From a virus (taxonomy: Duplodnaviria > Caudoviricetes): a stretch of DNA of 64,000 bases. The stretch spans positions 265 to 64,264 of IMG/VR virus record IMGVR_UViG_3300020202_000003. The stretch is one strand, 5' to 3'. Every line of letters starts with the position of its first letter. Position 1 is the stretch's first letter. The position numbers and the translations under genes were made by a program. Below the pieces are notes generated by a model. That model saw only the letters and a program-made list of their open reading frames with translations, was not told the origin of the DNA and did not search any database. This document shows, one piece after another, positions 55,579-64,000 of this stretch.

Positions 55579-57425
55579 GAATGCTTCCTCCAATTCCCCG
55601 GCGTATACCGCACCGTGATTTTCGAGACCGAAAATGAGGAATTGAGCGTATTGTTCTCGCCCACGATATAGAATTTTAGGCAATCGCCAGTGAGCCGCAT
55701 CCACCGATTCGAGTCGGTCAAGGTCTTCGTTTTCGCGAGCGTGCCGTTTTGATAGACCTTGATTACGATGCTGTTGTTCGAACTGCCTGGCGCGAAGGTC
55801 ACTTCCAACTCTTTCATGTTCGCGTTCTGCTCGCCGCCGTAGGGATAGAACTCTTTGGTCGTGAAGCTGCCCATGTACCCCGCACTGTCCTTGGAGCGCG
55901 CTGTCTGATCCAGCTTGTAGATAAAGCCGTTCGAGGCCCCGGCGAGCAGCACCGGCTCGCCCGTCGAAGGATCTCGGTAGATCGCTAGCGATTCACACTC
56001 GTCGCGCGTTGAGACACCGACTTGCACATCGCGAATGCCAGCCTGGGCGTCGGAACGATGCAGGTCCAAGCTGATCAGTACCTTATTGACGGGAAAGCCT
56101 TGGGCCGATGTGACGTTGGGTTTAGCCGAGAACGCAAAGAGCACCTTTTTCTTGGTGGCGTAATAGACGCTTTGTGGTTGCGGATATTGCGACCAGGTAC
56201 TGAAGGCGGCTGTGCCTAGTTTGGAGAAGTCGGTATTCTGACGGATGTACGCACCGAGCTCCATGGGCTTGATTGCAGAGGAGCGGACGTCGCCTTGTTC
56301 CTGAACGGAAGACAGGGCATGGATGTAGCCGTCCGGCGAGACGAAATACACCTCGTCATCCGCCTCGACAATCGATCCCGGCCCCACGGCCCCCACATAG
56401 CGCGACACCCGTTTCCATCCCCACTCGGCCGTATCGACGCTCGAATCATCCAGGACGTAAATCCCTTTGGGGTACTTGAAGACATAGGCCTTCTGCCGGA
56501 AGGAAATGCCTCCCACGATGAGATCGCCCTCACCGGGATAGACCGGAAAGTACAGCGCCCCAGAATTCTTGAAGTCCTGATGCAGATTGAGCTTGGACGT
56601 ATACACATCATGCGGATGATCGGACGATCCTCCGGCGAACATGCGTCCGCCATGCTGAAACCCCCAGATCGGGTTGCCGAGTCCAGTCCCGACCCCACTA
56701 TCCCAGTCCACCGGGATCGTGGACCGATGCACGGAATGTGTGCCGGTGCCATTCGTGGTGAAGTTGATAATCCCTGCCCCTCCAGCCAAGGACGAGAGCT
56801 GAAAGGTATTCGCCGCAGTATTCGCCACGAAATACAGGCTGTCCGCAGAGAGGCCAGCGGGGAGCGCCCCCCCACTATTGGTCACAAATACCCGCTCGTC
56901 ATTCGCGAGTCCGTGCGCATTGCAGGTGAGCACATCCGTTCCGGCGTTGGCTGTAAAGGTCCCGACTCCCAGGCCGAACTGATACGCCGTCGAGTCGCCG
57001 GTATACACCCGTGGCCGGATTCCCGCCGAGCCGTTGAAGTGGTAGAGTCCCTTCCCCGATCCGGTCGAGCCTTCGACGAGTGGCGAATGGCGAAAGGCCG
57101 CCCCAGCGATATCGGCTACCGTCTTCGTGACGCCCGCCGCACCCACGATCACTATGCGATCTTGTTTGGTAACACACACCAGCTCATGCACCCCGGCATC
57201 CGTGCGGAAATGGAACATGGCGCGAATCTCGGGATCGTTGTCCGCCGAAACCGGCACGGCCACGCTATTGAACTTGACGGCCCCGCCCTCTTTCTGCCAG
57301 GTGTCCTGCTCCAGCGTGATCGATTCCATCGCCGTCAGATCCGTGTCTCGCAAGAGATCCGGACTTTTCGACGCATTGAGCCCGCCGACGCCACAGATAA
57401 TGTCGGTCTTGTCCAAGACGCGCAT
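55575..57425 (-). CDS. Tail nozzle / tail tubular protein B (beta-propeller) with inserted domain
   Basis: GGLN start, HGGRMF, G.IVG, FK..GIY.L, VGAVGP.SIV, VYFVS.DG; insert NAHGLA...LP.GL....YFV...FQLS. Confidence 0.78.
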   Translation of the reverse strand: MRVLDKTDIICGVGGLNASKSPDLLRDTDLTAMESITLEQDTWQKEGGAVKFNSVAVPVSADNDPEIRAMFHFRTDAGVHELVCVTKQDRIVIVGAAGVTKTVADIAGAAFRHSPLVEGSTGSGKGLYHFNGSAGIRPRVYTGDSTAYQFGLGVGTFTANAGTDVLTCNAHGLANDERVFVTNSGGALPAGLSADSLYFVANTAANTFQLSSLAGGAGIINFTTNGTGTHSVHRSTIPVDWDSGVGTGLGNPIWGFQHGGRMFAGGSSDHPHDVYTSKLNLHQDFKNSGALYFPVYPGEGDLIVGGISFRQKAYVFKYPKGIYVLDDSSVDTAEWGWKRVSRYVGAVGPGSIVEADDEVYFVSPDGYIHALSSVQEQGDVRSSAIKPMELGAYIRQNTDFSKLGTAAFSTWSQYPQPQSVYYATKKKVLFAFSAKPNVTSAQGFPVNKVLISLDLHRSDAQAGIRDVQVGVSTRDECESLAIYRDPSTGEPVLLAGASNGFIYKLDQTARSKDSAGYMGSFTTKEFYPYGGEQNANMKELEVTFAPGSSNNSIVIKVYQNGTLAKTKTLTDSNRWMRLTGDCLKFYIVGENNTLNSSFSVSKITVRYTPGNWRKHS

Positions 57426-58354
57426 TACGTGAGCCCCAACGTCGCCGAGTGTTGCGGCCTGACCCACACCCGTCCGCTTTGCGACGGGATGTACTGATTC
57501 ACCATTTCTTGTAACTTGCCTCCACCCATCGTGGCGTAGTCCTTGGACTTGGTGTCGTCCTTATTGAGCAGCAGCAACGACGCGGCAAAGTTCGCTATGA
57601 TCACCCGATGTTCTCGCGGGATTTTGGGGGTATCGGTGGCTTCCGCCCCCGAAAAGTCCAAGTCATGGAAGACGGTGTAATCGTGCTCGATGTTGAGGGC
57701 ATCCTCACTCCACGGCGCAAATCGGACCTGCCGCAGCATGTTGGTCGATGTGCCGTTTGCGTCATAGCCTTGCGGATGCACTTCACAGGCGGCTTCGATG
57801 AAGCCTGCACCAAATGCCCAGGCCGACCCTCGCCCATAGCGCTCTTCAAAGAGCGTTTTATCGAGCAACGGAATGGGATTATTGCGCCAGCCCCGGAGCC
57901 ACATCGGATCCCAGACGCGCAAGACATCGGGCGGTAGGGTGTATTCATCTTGGAAAATGACTGCGGGCCCGGTCTCCTCCGTCTCCACATAGGTCGCGTC
58001 CAGAACGAGCGTCGGCGTATTGTTCGTGTGCGCCAGAATGCGGTAGACGGCTTGCGTCGATTCGAGATACACCTTGCAAAACTCCGCGCTCGGCGTAAGG
58101 TTGGCGCTCAACGTCACGGTCGCACCTGTCACCCCCGAAAATGTCACCCGCTGCGAGGCCCTAGTGGTAATGACGTTCGGGTTCGGCGACATCGCCCATG
58201 GCCAACGCGCATGCGAGAGGACCGACCAATACGCTTGTCGCACGGCGCGCGCTGCATCGCTGGCATAGTCGCCAGACCCCGAGTCGGATTCCCCCGCATC
58301 CAGCAAAGCGGCTTTATAAATATCGAGGCCCGTTTTCAGATCTTCCGTGGCCAT
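57425..58354 (-). CDS. Head-tail adaptor / tail tubular protein A-like
   Basis: WPWA, YTLP.D, DTPKIP..H..II...A motifs; upstream of the nozzle. Confidence 0.7.
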   Translation of the reverse strand: MATEDLKTGLDIYKAALLDAGESDSGSGDYASDAARAVRQAYWSVLSHARWPWAMSPNPNVITTRASQRVTFSGVTGATVTLSANLTPSAEFCKVYLESTQAVYRILAHTNNTPTLVLDATYVETEETGPAVIFQDEYTLPPDVLRVWDPMWLRGWRNNPIPLLDKTLFEERYGRGSAWAFGAGFIEAACEVHPQGYDANGTSTNMLRQVRFAPWSEDALNIEHDYTVFHDLDFSGAEATDTPKIPREHRVIIANFAASLLLLNKDDTKSKDYATMGGGKLQEMVNQYIPSQSGRVWVRPQHSATLGLT

Positions 58355-58364
58355 ACGCTCCTCG

Positions 58365-58469
58365 CTATTTCCAGATCACCGCCATCCAGAACAACAGGAT
58401 CATCGTCAGCCCAATGAGTCCCGCCGCAATAACAGCGGCTAAAATTGGTGGCGCGTTGCGGTTACTCAT
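58365..58469 (-). CDS. Small single-TM protein
   Basis: MSNRNAPPILAAVIAAGLIGLTMILLFWMAVIWK. Confidence 0.5.
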   Translation of the reverse strand: MSNRNAPPILAAVIAAGLIGLTMILLFWMAVIWK

Positions 58470-59070
58470 CGTCACCCCCGGCCTGCCTTTTGGTGTAAAA
58501 CTCCTGTTCGGCCCGATGCTTGTCTACGGCCCACTCAGAGAGTCCGCGGTGTTGGATCTCGCACTCTCCCCATCCTTCGGTGAGTTCCTGGAGTCGTTCG
58601 AAGGCATCCAGCGTGGTAGGGCTTTCTTTGGCTTCCACAACAGGCTCGACGGCGGCTCCACCGGCATCGGGCACACGCTCGTCGGCGGTCGCGTCGTTGA
58701 GCACGCGAGCAAACTCATTAACAATCCGAATAGCGTCATTGTCGATACGACGAACCTGATTGAATTTCGCATAGCGTTGAATCTCCTGATGGGCGTTCGC
58801 CAGTTGCGCTTGAAACGCTTCCTTTTCCTGGGTCACGGCTTCGACCTGTTTCAGTGCGTCGGCCGCTTGCTTGGCGTAGGCCTGCGCGGCTTCCTGGGCT
58901 TGCTGTCGCAGTTCCCGCTCCTGGGAGGCTTCCGCCTGGAGTCGCCCTTGCCACTCGTGATATTCCCGCTGCGCGGCGTACCAGCCCCAGGCCACGACGA
59001 TGAGCGCGACAATCGCGCCGTACTTAATCAACGGGGACGCGGCTTTCCAGGCTGTCCACACGGGAATCAT
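58462..59070 (-). CDS. Rz-like inner-membrane spanin
   Basis: N-terminal TM, long coiled coil, C-terminal Cys. Confidence 0.78.
   Translation of the reverse strand: MIPVWTAWKAASPLIKYGAIVALIVVAWGWYAAQREYHEWQGRLQAEASQERELRQQAQEAAQAYAKQAADALKQVEAVTQEKEAFQAQLANAHQEIQRYAKFNQVRRIDNDAIRIVNEFARVLNDATADERVPDAGGAAVEPVVEAKESPTTLDAFERLQELTEGWGECEIQHRGLSEWAVDKHRAEQEFYTKRQAGGDDE
58524..58772 (-). CDS. Rz1-like outer-membrane spanin embedded in Rz
   Basis: Lipobox LLA|C, Pro-rich mature part, alternative frame. Confidence 0.72.
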   Translation of the reverse strand: MRNSIRFVVSTMTLFGLLMSLLACSTTRPPTSVCPMPVEPPSSLLWKPKKALPRWMPSNDSRNSPKDGESARSNTADSLSGP

Positions 59071-59079
59071 AAGGGCTCC

Positions 59080-59400
59080 TTAATGCGGGTCCACCGGCCC
59101 GGACTTCGCGATAATTTCAGTCTTCCGGTCTCCGCTTTTCGTGGTCCCGTAGATCCACATCACAAACATCATCAGGGCATCGCGCAGCGTCGTGGTCAGT
59201 TCATGGATCGCCGACTCAGATCCCTTCTGAATATTGACAAAGATCATGAGCAAGGCCGTGCCGAAGTAGATCGACAGAATGATGCTGCCGACGACATACG
59301 GTCCCTTCTCCGATTTCGTCTTGCGGTTCGGAATGACCGTCGCCGACTTCTGCTCCACCACCGTGCCGCCGACTGGTTCCTGGTCGTTACCCATGTCCAC
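59080..59400 (-). CDS. Putative holin (2 TM)
   Basis: Two hydrophobic helices, YGTTKSG..K tail; lysis cassette. Confidence 0.65.
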   Translation of the reverse strand: MDMGNDQEPVGGTVVEQKSATVIPNRKTKSEKGPYVVGSIILSIYFGTALLMIFVNIQKGSESAIHELTTTLRDALMMFVMWIYGTTKSGDRKTEIIAKSGPVDPH

Positions 59401-59647
59401 CCCCTACCGCATCCCACAGAGCCGCAATATTCCTCTTGTTTTCTTCGTGTCGTTCATTCTGAAGGCGCTCTTGCAGTTTTGCCCACATTTCCATGGAACC
59501 CAGGCGCTCGCTGATCGTGGTCAAGGTGCGGTTCATTTGATCTTGCCCATCGATAAACCGCTTGAGGAAATAGCCCAAGGCCAAGACTAGCAGCGCAAAC
59601 AGAAATGCCGCGAAGGGATAGACAATGATGGTAAGAACCTCGTTCAT
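59387..59647 (-). CDS. Holin/antiholin-like protein (1 TM plus coiled coil)
   Basis: N-terminal TM; between endolysin and holin. Confidence 0.6.
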   Translation of the reverse strand: MNEVLTIIVYPFAAFLFALLVLALGYFLKRFIDGQDQMNRTLTTISERLGSMEMWAKLQERLQNERHEENKRNIAALWDAVGGGHG

Positions 59648-59748
59648 CGTTTCTTCCTCTTCGGACACGTATGCTGCATGTGGTTATGGACATCTTTGTG
59701 TTGCAGCATCGCCCCACAGAGCCCACATTGGTACAGTTTCGGTTTCAT
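59644..59748 (-). CDS. Tiny zinc-finger peptide
   Basis: MKPKLYQCGLC...HNHMQHTCPKRKKR; ATGA overlaps at both ends. Confidence 0.55.
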   Translation of the reverse strand: MKPKLYQCGLCGAMLQHKDVHNHMQHTCPKRKKR

Positions 59749-60269
59749 ACCGGCACACTCACGGGTTGCGCCTTGAACTGCGCGTGAATCACCTTGAGCT
59801 TCCCCTCCTGATCCGTCACCCAGTCCAACGGAATGCCGTGCTGCGGCAGGCTGCGGATGGTAGACATGATCCGGTCCGCTGTCGGCTTGTCGAACAGCCC
59901 GTTCTTGAGTCGGGGATACTGGATATCGAAGGCATCCCCGCGTACATGCGCCATCTTGTTGAAGTCCTCCGCGAAGTGCTCTTGCAGCTGATCGTAAAAT
60001 CCCCGCGTGAGGACTTTGTAATCCGAGCACGCCTCCCGGTGTTCCTCCATGTAGGTCATGAGTACCGCGACCATGCGCCGATTGCGATAGGTGTCGCTGA
60101 TCCAGCTGGGTCCGTATTGAATCGCGTTCTGGGCCATCACCCGCGCCTGATCCATGAGATCGCGCCTGCCTGAGGTAAAGACCGCATCCGGATGCGCCTG
60201 CTTCACAAGCAATGCTGCCTTCTCGGCCGTCGGTGACAACCGCAGTTCTTGGATCGTGAGACCAGCCAT
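59745..60269 (-). CDS. Endolysin, peptidase M15-like
   Basis: FTSGRR...AH-x6-D (AHVRGDAFDI)...VIHAQF. Confidence 0.75.
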   Translation of the reverse strand: MAGLTIQELRLSPTAEKAALLVKQAHPDAVFTSGRRDLMDQARVMAQNAIQYGPSWISDTYRNRRMVAVLMTYMEEHREACSDYKVLTRGFYDQLQEHFAEDFNKMAHVRGDAFDIQYPRLKNGLFDKPTADRIMSTIRSLPQHGIPLDWVTDQEGKLKVIHAQFKAQPVSVPV

Positions 60270-63022
60270 CAGAACCCTCCTCCTGCAACGGTCGGGATCA
60301 CATCCATATGAGCGGGAACATCGCCCGCCGCGTTCAGCTCTTCGCCGTTGTCTTTGAAGACCTTGCAATCAATCGCGTCGTTCTGCGCCGCGTTGAGCCG
60401 GAGCACCGTCCTTAGTTCATAGTGCTGGCCCACTGTCAGGGGCGGGACAACGATCACCGTCGCCTCGTCGCGCAACACTTTCCCGCCGACGTAGCTCCCT
60501 GCATTCAATCGTTGCGTAAGGTCCGAGAACGAGGCCGGGACTTGTTCGTCGGTCGCTTCCGCGCCGGCTCCGTAAAACCGAAAGACGTTGGAGCCGAACG
60601 TATTCATCACGCGCGCGTAGTCGCCGCCGTTCAAGCGGCAGTACAGGTGCGCGCCAAACGAGGCCGTCGTCTCGACGCTCCCCGTGAGCTCGACCTGAAA
60701 CCCGACCATCGCCGTGGGCATGACGGGCCGCGCGGTATTCACGGTGCCAGAAATCGGCGCACCATCTTCCGAGCCGATGGGATAGATAAACTGGTACTGC
60801 GTTTGGGTCACGACCCCGCTCCCTGGTGGATCCGGGGATTCGGGCAGGACCGGTACGACCACATAGGTCCAGAGGTTATTGCCGCCCATCGACCCGCCAT
60901 CACCGAAGACGCCGCCGTTATTCCCTGACTGCGATACGCTTGCGAGCCGTAAATCTCCGGCCGTCGCGGTGTCGTTGAGCAACGTCTCGTTCGCTCCGAC
61001 GGCGAAACTCGTTCCGCACTCGCCGTCCGAGGGATTGCACTTGGCCCCTAAGAATCCGTAGAGCGTCTGCCCGCTTGCAGTGCTAACCGTCACGCTCGGC
61101 GTCGAGCTCGCCGTGGCCGTGCCAGCCGCCACGGGCGTGCCGAACGATCCCATCTCCGCAATGTAGATCGACTCCGCCGCCATGAAATCCGTACCCGCTG
61201 CGCCACTCACGGAAATGGTGCATGTGCCGGTATTCGGGCCGGTGATGCCGAACACTTTCGTCCGTCGGTACGGAGGACTCGTGACGGCTTCGCCACCGGA
61301 CAACGCCGTGACGCTCTGCCCACTACAGGCCGTTGGCGTCCCGATCGCGCCGACGCTACCCTGCGTGTCGTAGGCCGTGACCGCCACAAGAAGCCCCTGC
61401 GTCAAGGCTGGAATCGTTTGATTGATGGACACGCTTGTCGTGCCGATGCCGGTTGCATGGTTGGCCGGTCCGCTTGGCGTGCCCGCGACGCCATACCCAG
61501 ATGGGAAGGTGCACCCGCCCGTGTTCACATTGAGCCGCGTATGCACGTCGTACAGAGAGGTGCCTGCTACCCGATTGAGTCCATCCGCCGTCGCCGCGCC
61601 ATGAGGAAAAGCACCCGTGGTTGGATCCCATAAAGGCGTGGACGTTAACACGCCATCCACGTACCGATAGAGAATCGTCGCGTTGATGTCACTCCCACCC
61701 GTGCCCGCGCCTTTGACCGCTGCCCCAACAGGAGCCCAGAGCTTGCACGTTCCCATGCCATGTGCGGACGTCGACGTATTCGTCAGATTGGGGGACGAGG
61801 AAGGACTAAACGCGGTCGTGTTCCCTACTGAAAACACTTCATTCGCGGTCCACGTGTTAAAGCCCGTGACATTAAGTCCAATATCCCCGGCATTTGCCAG
61901 TAAAAGATTAGTCATGGTCACGGAATTATCCGCAGCCGTGACTCCATCCGGATCATCGTCTAACGTGATGCCCCGCGCCCCTACTCCGGTGCCCAGCACC
62001 GTGAAATGATCGACCCGGCAATTCCCATAACAGTCGCTCAACCGCAGGGCGTTGGCCGTGCTCGCCCAATCCACCACGGCGATATCGCGGATGAGAATGT
62101 CTTGCACAGTTCCATTGATGCCAGGACGGCGAGAGCTGGGGAACACCGCATTGCCATAACTGCACACCCGGCAGATCGAGCCGAGGATCTTGTTGTTGAT
62201 GTTCGGCATGGGGCTGGAAAGGATTGGAGTACCCGTGTATTCAGCATTGACTTCGATCAGATAGGTCGGCCCTTCCGCAATCACATTCTCCACCACGCTG
62301 TCTCGTGCGGGGTACAAGCTAATACAGGCATCGCCACGCCCCGCGCCATTTTGCGACGTCCCCTGCCCGCCAGGGATGCGCCCGGTGCGAGGATGACAAT
62401 AGAGCCGGCGGATAATGACATCGGACGACCATTTGACGTTCACTCCGTGGCGGTGGTAGTCGTAAATTTCGTTATCCTCAAACAGCACATGCGTGGAATA
62501 GTAGATCCCGTTGCCGGAACTCGAGTACTTGTTAGGATTGTGATACACGCCATTTCGAGCTGTGACGTGGTGGCTTTCACGGATATAGAGCGGCACCCCG
62601 ATTTGAGAGGTCGTAAAACTAGAGTTGTTGGTCGATTTCGCAACCAGCCCGTCGAGGACGATATACTCGCTCTGAAACACCCGGATGGCGTTACTTGATC
62701 CATCGTCGACAATCTTCGCCTGTCGTTGATTTTCCGCACGAATCGTCAGTTCGTTGCCGAGGGTGCACACCAATCCATTGACATCGATCCGCGAGGTTCC
62801 CGACGCGCCTCCGGCCGACGTCGGTCCGTAGATGCCATTTTTGACAAGGAGGATGTCGCCGCACGACGCGCGTGCTGGATTGATGGCATGGCTGAACGTT
62901 TTCCAGGGGCTCGCGCTAGATCCGGTGCCAGTCGAGTCGTTCCCCGTGTCATCGACGTAAAACGTCGCGCTGAACACGGCAGACGGCAGACTGAGCATGA
63001 GCAGGAACGCCAGGATAATCAT
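60269..63022 (-). CDS. Beta-helix (pectate-lyase-like) tailspike-like protein with Sec signal peptide
   Basis: MIILAFLLMLSLPSAVFS|ATFYVD..GND..GS...PWKT..A; GD..LVK.G.Y; further beta-sandwich domains. Confidence 0.8.
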   Translation of the reverse strand: MIILAFLLMLSLPSAVFSATFYVDDTGNDSTGTGSSASPWKTFSHAINPARASCGDILLVKNGIYGPTSAGGASGTSRIDVNGLVCTLGNELTIRAENQRQAKIVDDGSSNAIRVFQSEYIVLDGLVAKSTNNSSFTTSQIGVPLYIRESHHVTARNGVYHNPNKYSSSGNGIYYSTHVLFEDNEIYDYHRHGVNVKWSSDVIIRRLYCHPRTGRIPGGQGTSQNGAGRGDACISLYPARDSVVENVIAEGPTYLIEVNAEYTGTPILSSPMPNINNKILGSICRVCSYGNAVFPSSRRPGINGTVQDILIRDIAVVDWASTANALRLSDCYGNCRVDHFTVLGTGVGARGITLDDDPDGVTAADNSVTMTNLLLANAGDIGLNVTGFNTWTANEVFSVGNTTAFSPSSSPNLTNTSTSAHGMGTCKLWAPVGAAVKGAGTGGSDINATILYRYVDGVLTSTPLWDPTTGAFPHGAATADGLNRVAGTSLYDVHTRLNVNTGGCTFPSGYGVAGTPSGPANHATGIGTTSVSINQTIPALTQGLLVAVTAYDTQGSVGAIGTPTACSGQSVTALSGGEAVTSPPYRRTKVFGITGPNTGTCTISVSGAAGTDFMAAESIYIAEMGSFGTPVAAGTATASSTPSVTVSTASGQTLYGFLGAKCNPSDGECGTSFAVGANETLLNDTATAGDLRLASVSQSGNNGGVFGDGGSMGGNNLWTYVVVPVLPESPDPPGSGVVTQTQYQFIYPIGSEDGAPISGTVNTARPVMPTAMVGFQVELTGSVETTASFGAHLYCRLNGGDYARVMNTFGSNVFRFYGAGAEATDEQVPASFSDLTQRLNAGSYVGGKVLRDEATVIVVPPLTVGQHYELRTVLRLNAAQNDAIDCKVFKDNGEELNAAGDVPAHMDVIPTVAGGGF

Positions 63023-64000
63023 TCCGGAAACACCATGGGCGAATAGGTTCGCCGCGCTGAAGCCGGCGCTTGCACAAAGAGGAGCGCGCGCTGTTTGGCG
63101 CCGCCGACGTTGACGGTGTAGTTCAAATCGCCGCCATCACTGGTCCATTGTGTGAACGTGCACGTGGCATAGTCGTCGTTGGGCGTGCCTTTGCGGGTCC
63201 GGCACACTTTGTTATCGGTCACGCTTTCGGTGTTGCTCGTGCCGTCGCTGTCTTCGTTGTAGGCCGCTGTACTGGCCGACGCCGAGGCAGTAAAGGCACT
63301 CAAGCCGAAGACTTCTCCATCGTCCACACCGTAGGTGGTATCGACGGCGGTAAACTCGCCTTGGAGCATCAGGCCGAATTGAGGCCGGAAGCCGACGCCC
63401 GTAATCGACTCCGAACCCGTGCCGGCCGGCGCCGGATCGGTCATGAGCTTGACGGACAGACCGGACAACTTGACGGCGATGTATCCGAACGTCGGCACGC
63501 CCGAGGTGGAATCCCGCGTCGTGACGGTAAAGCCGTTCGCGTCGAAGGATGTGAGTTCCAGCGTGGAGATTGCGACGGGGTTCGTGATCAATCTGTCCGT
63601 CGCCAGGCGCGAGGCGACGGTCATGCTTGCTGAATTGTCCGAATCGTTGCTGCCAATCGACCGTTGCACGATCGTCGGGCCCGCCTCTCTCGTCGCCAAC
63701 CCCACGCTCATCCGCCAATGCCCGGTTCCGTATGTGGCCCAAGCGATCAGCATGTCCGGTGTAAAGCCCGGTGCGCTGACGGCCGTGGTCCCGCCGATCG
63801 CTCCGTTCCCGGTCGCCGTGCCCACATGGACGTTCGACACCCCAGCCCCGCCAAAGAGGACGACATTGACGCGATAGGCTGCCGGTGGCGCGTCCGCACA
63901 GGTGAAGCGCACCCCATCTGTGATAAAGGAGAGGGTACAGTCGCCGTCTTTGACGTGCGCCGGATCTAGTGTAATCAGAGCTGAATCGGCATCGGTGGCG
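63019..64000 (-). CDS. C-terminal part of a repeat-domain virion-module protein (open to right edge)
   Basis: Frame open from 63999; repeats GFTPD/GFRPQ and SF..DG/NG; likely the same gene as 1-159. Confidence 0.8.
   Translation of the reverse strand, partial: ATDADSALITLDPAHVKDGDCTLSFITDGVRFTCADAPPAAYRVNVVLFGGAGVSNVHVGTATGNGAIGGTTAVSAPGFTPDMLIAWATYGTGHWRMSVGLATREAGPTIVQRSIGSNDSDNSASMTVASRLATDRLITNPVAISTLELTSFDANGFTVTTRDSTSGVPTFGYIAVKLSGLSVKLMTDPAPAGTGSESITGVGFRPQFGLMLQGEFTAVDTTYGVDDGEVFGLSAFTASASASTAAYNEDSDGTSNTESVTDNKVCRTRKGTPNDDYATCTFTQWTSDGGDLNYTVNVGGAKQRALLFVQAPASARRTYSPMVFPE

Larger units (their letters stand above)
1..64000. mobile_element. Temperate tailed phage genome (podovirus-like), near complete, circularly permuted
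   Basis: Terminase, portal, capsid, adaptor/nozzle, ejection proteins, lysis cassette, integrase with attP-like site; no tape measure, sheath or host housekeeping genes recognised. Confidence 0.95.

Noticed and set aside
56720-56970. Ubiquitin-activating (E1) enzyme in the nozzle gene
   Set aside because: The inserted beta-domain resembles modules often labelled E1-FCCH in phage tail proteins, but there is no ThiF adenylation motif; no E1/E2 is recognisable in the window
59644-60288. 214-aa ORF overlapping the endolysin
   Set aside because: Mostly an off-frame shadow; only the last 34 codons (zinc finger, ATGA-coupled) look genuine

Overview
The window is almost certainly a near-complete, circularly permuted temperate tailed phage of podovirus-like architecture, in its excised form. 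An attP-like tRNA-Pro 3' copy sits next to the integrase in mid-window, and one repeat-domain gene appears to start at 159 and resume at 64000. Nearly all genes are on the - strand, in this order: RHH switch, recombination (two PD-(D/E)XK nucleases, RecT-like, RusA), C5-MTase, DUF5131/HNH, replication initiator, TerS/TerL, ~8 kb of accessory ORFs including a JAB protease, portal/scaffold/capsid, four signal-peptide-bearing appendage-like proteins, lysis, adaptor/nozzle, ejection proteins, and a 3841-aa DarB-like protein. Nitrospira is a plausible host (inference only). The most interesting unexplained signals are five. (1) A 20-bp palindrome occurs 12 times, mostly at gene junctions (stoperator-like). 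(2) Four consecutive virion-module genes have Sec signal peptides. (3) Virion proteins carry leaders ending P-x-L-[RK]-GG, and the genome encodes a stand-alone JAB protease. (4) The lysis/lysogeny switch is built from three RHH proteins and mirror-image promoters. (5) Two genes are nested in alternative frames, and two structured-RNA candidates are present. All family assignments come from motif reading by eye; no database searches were run.
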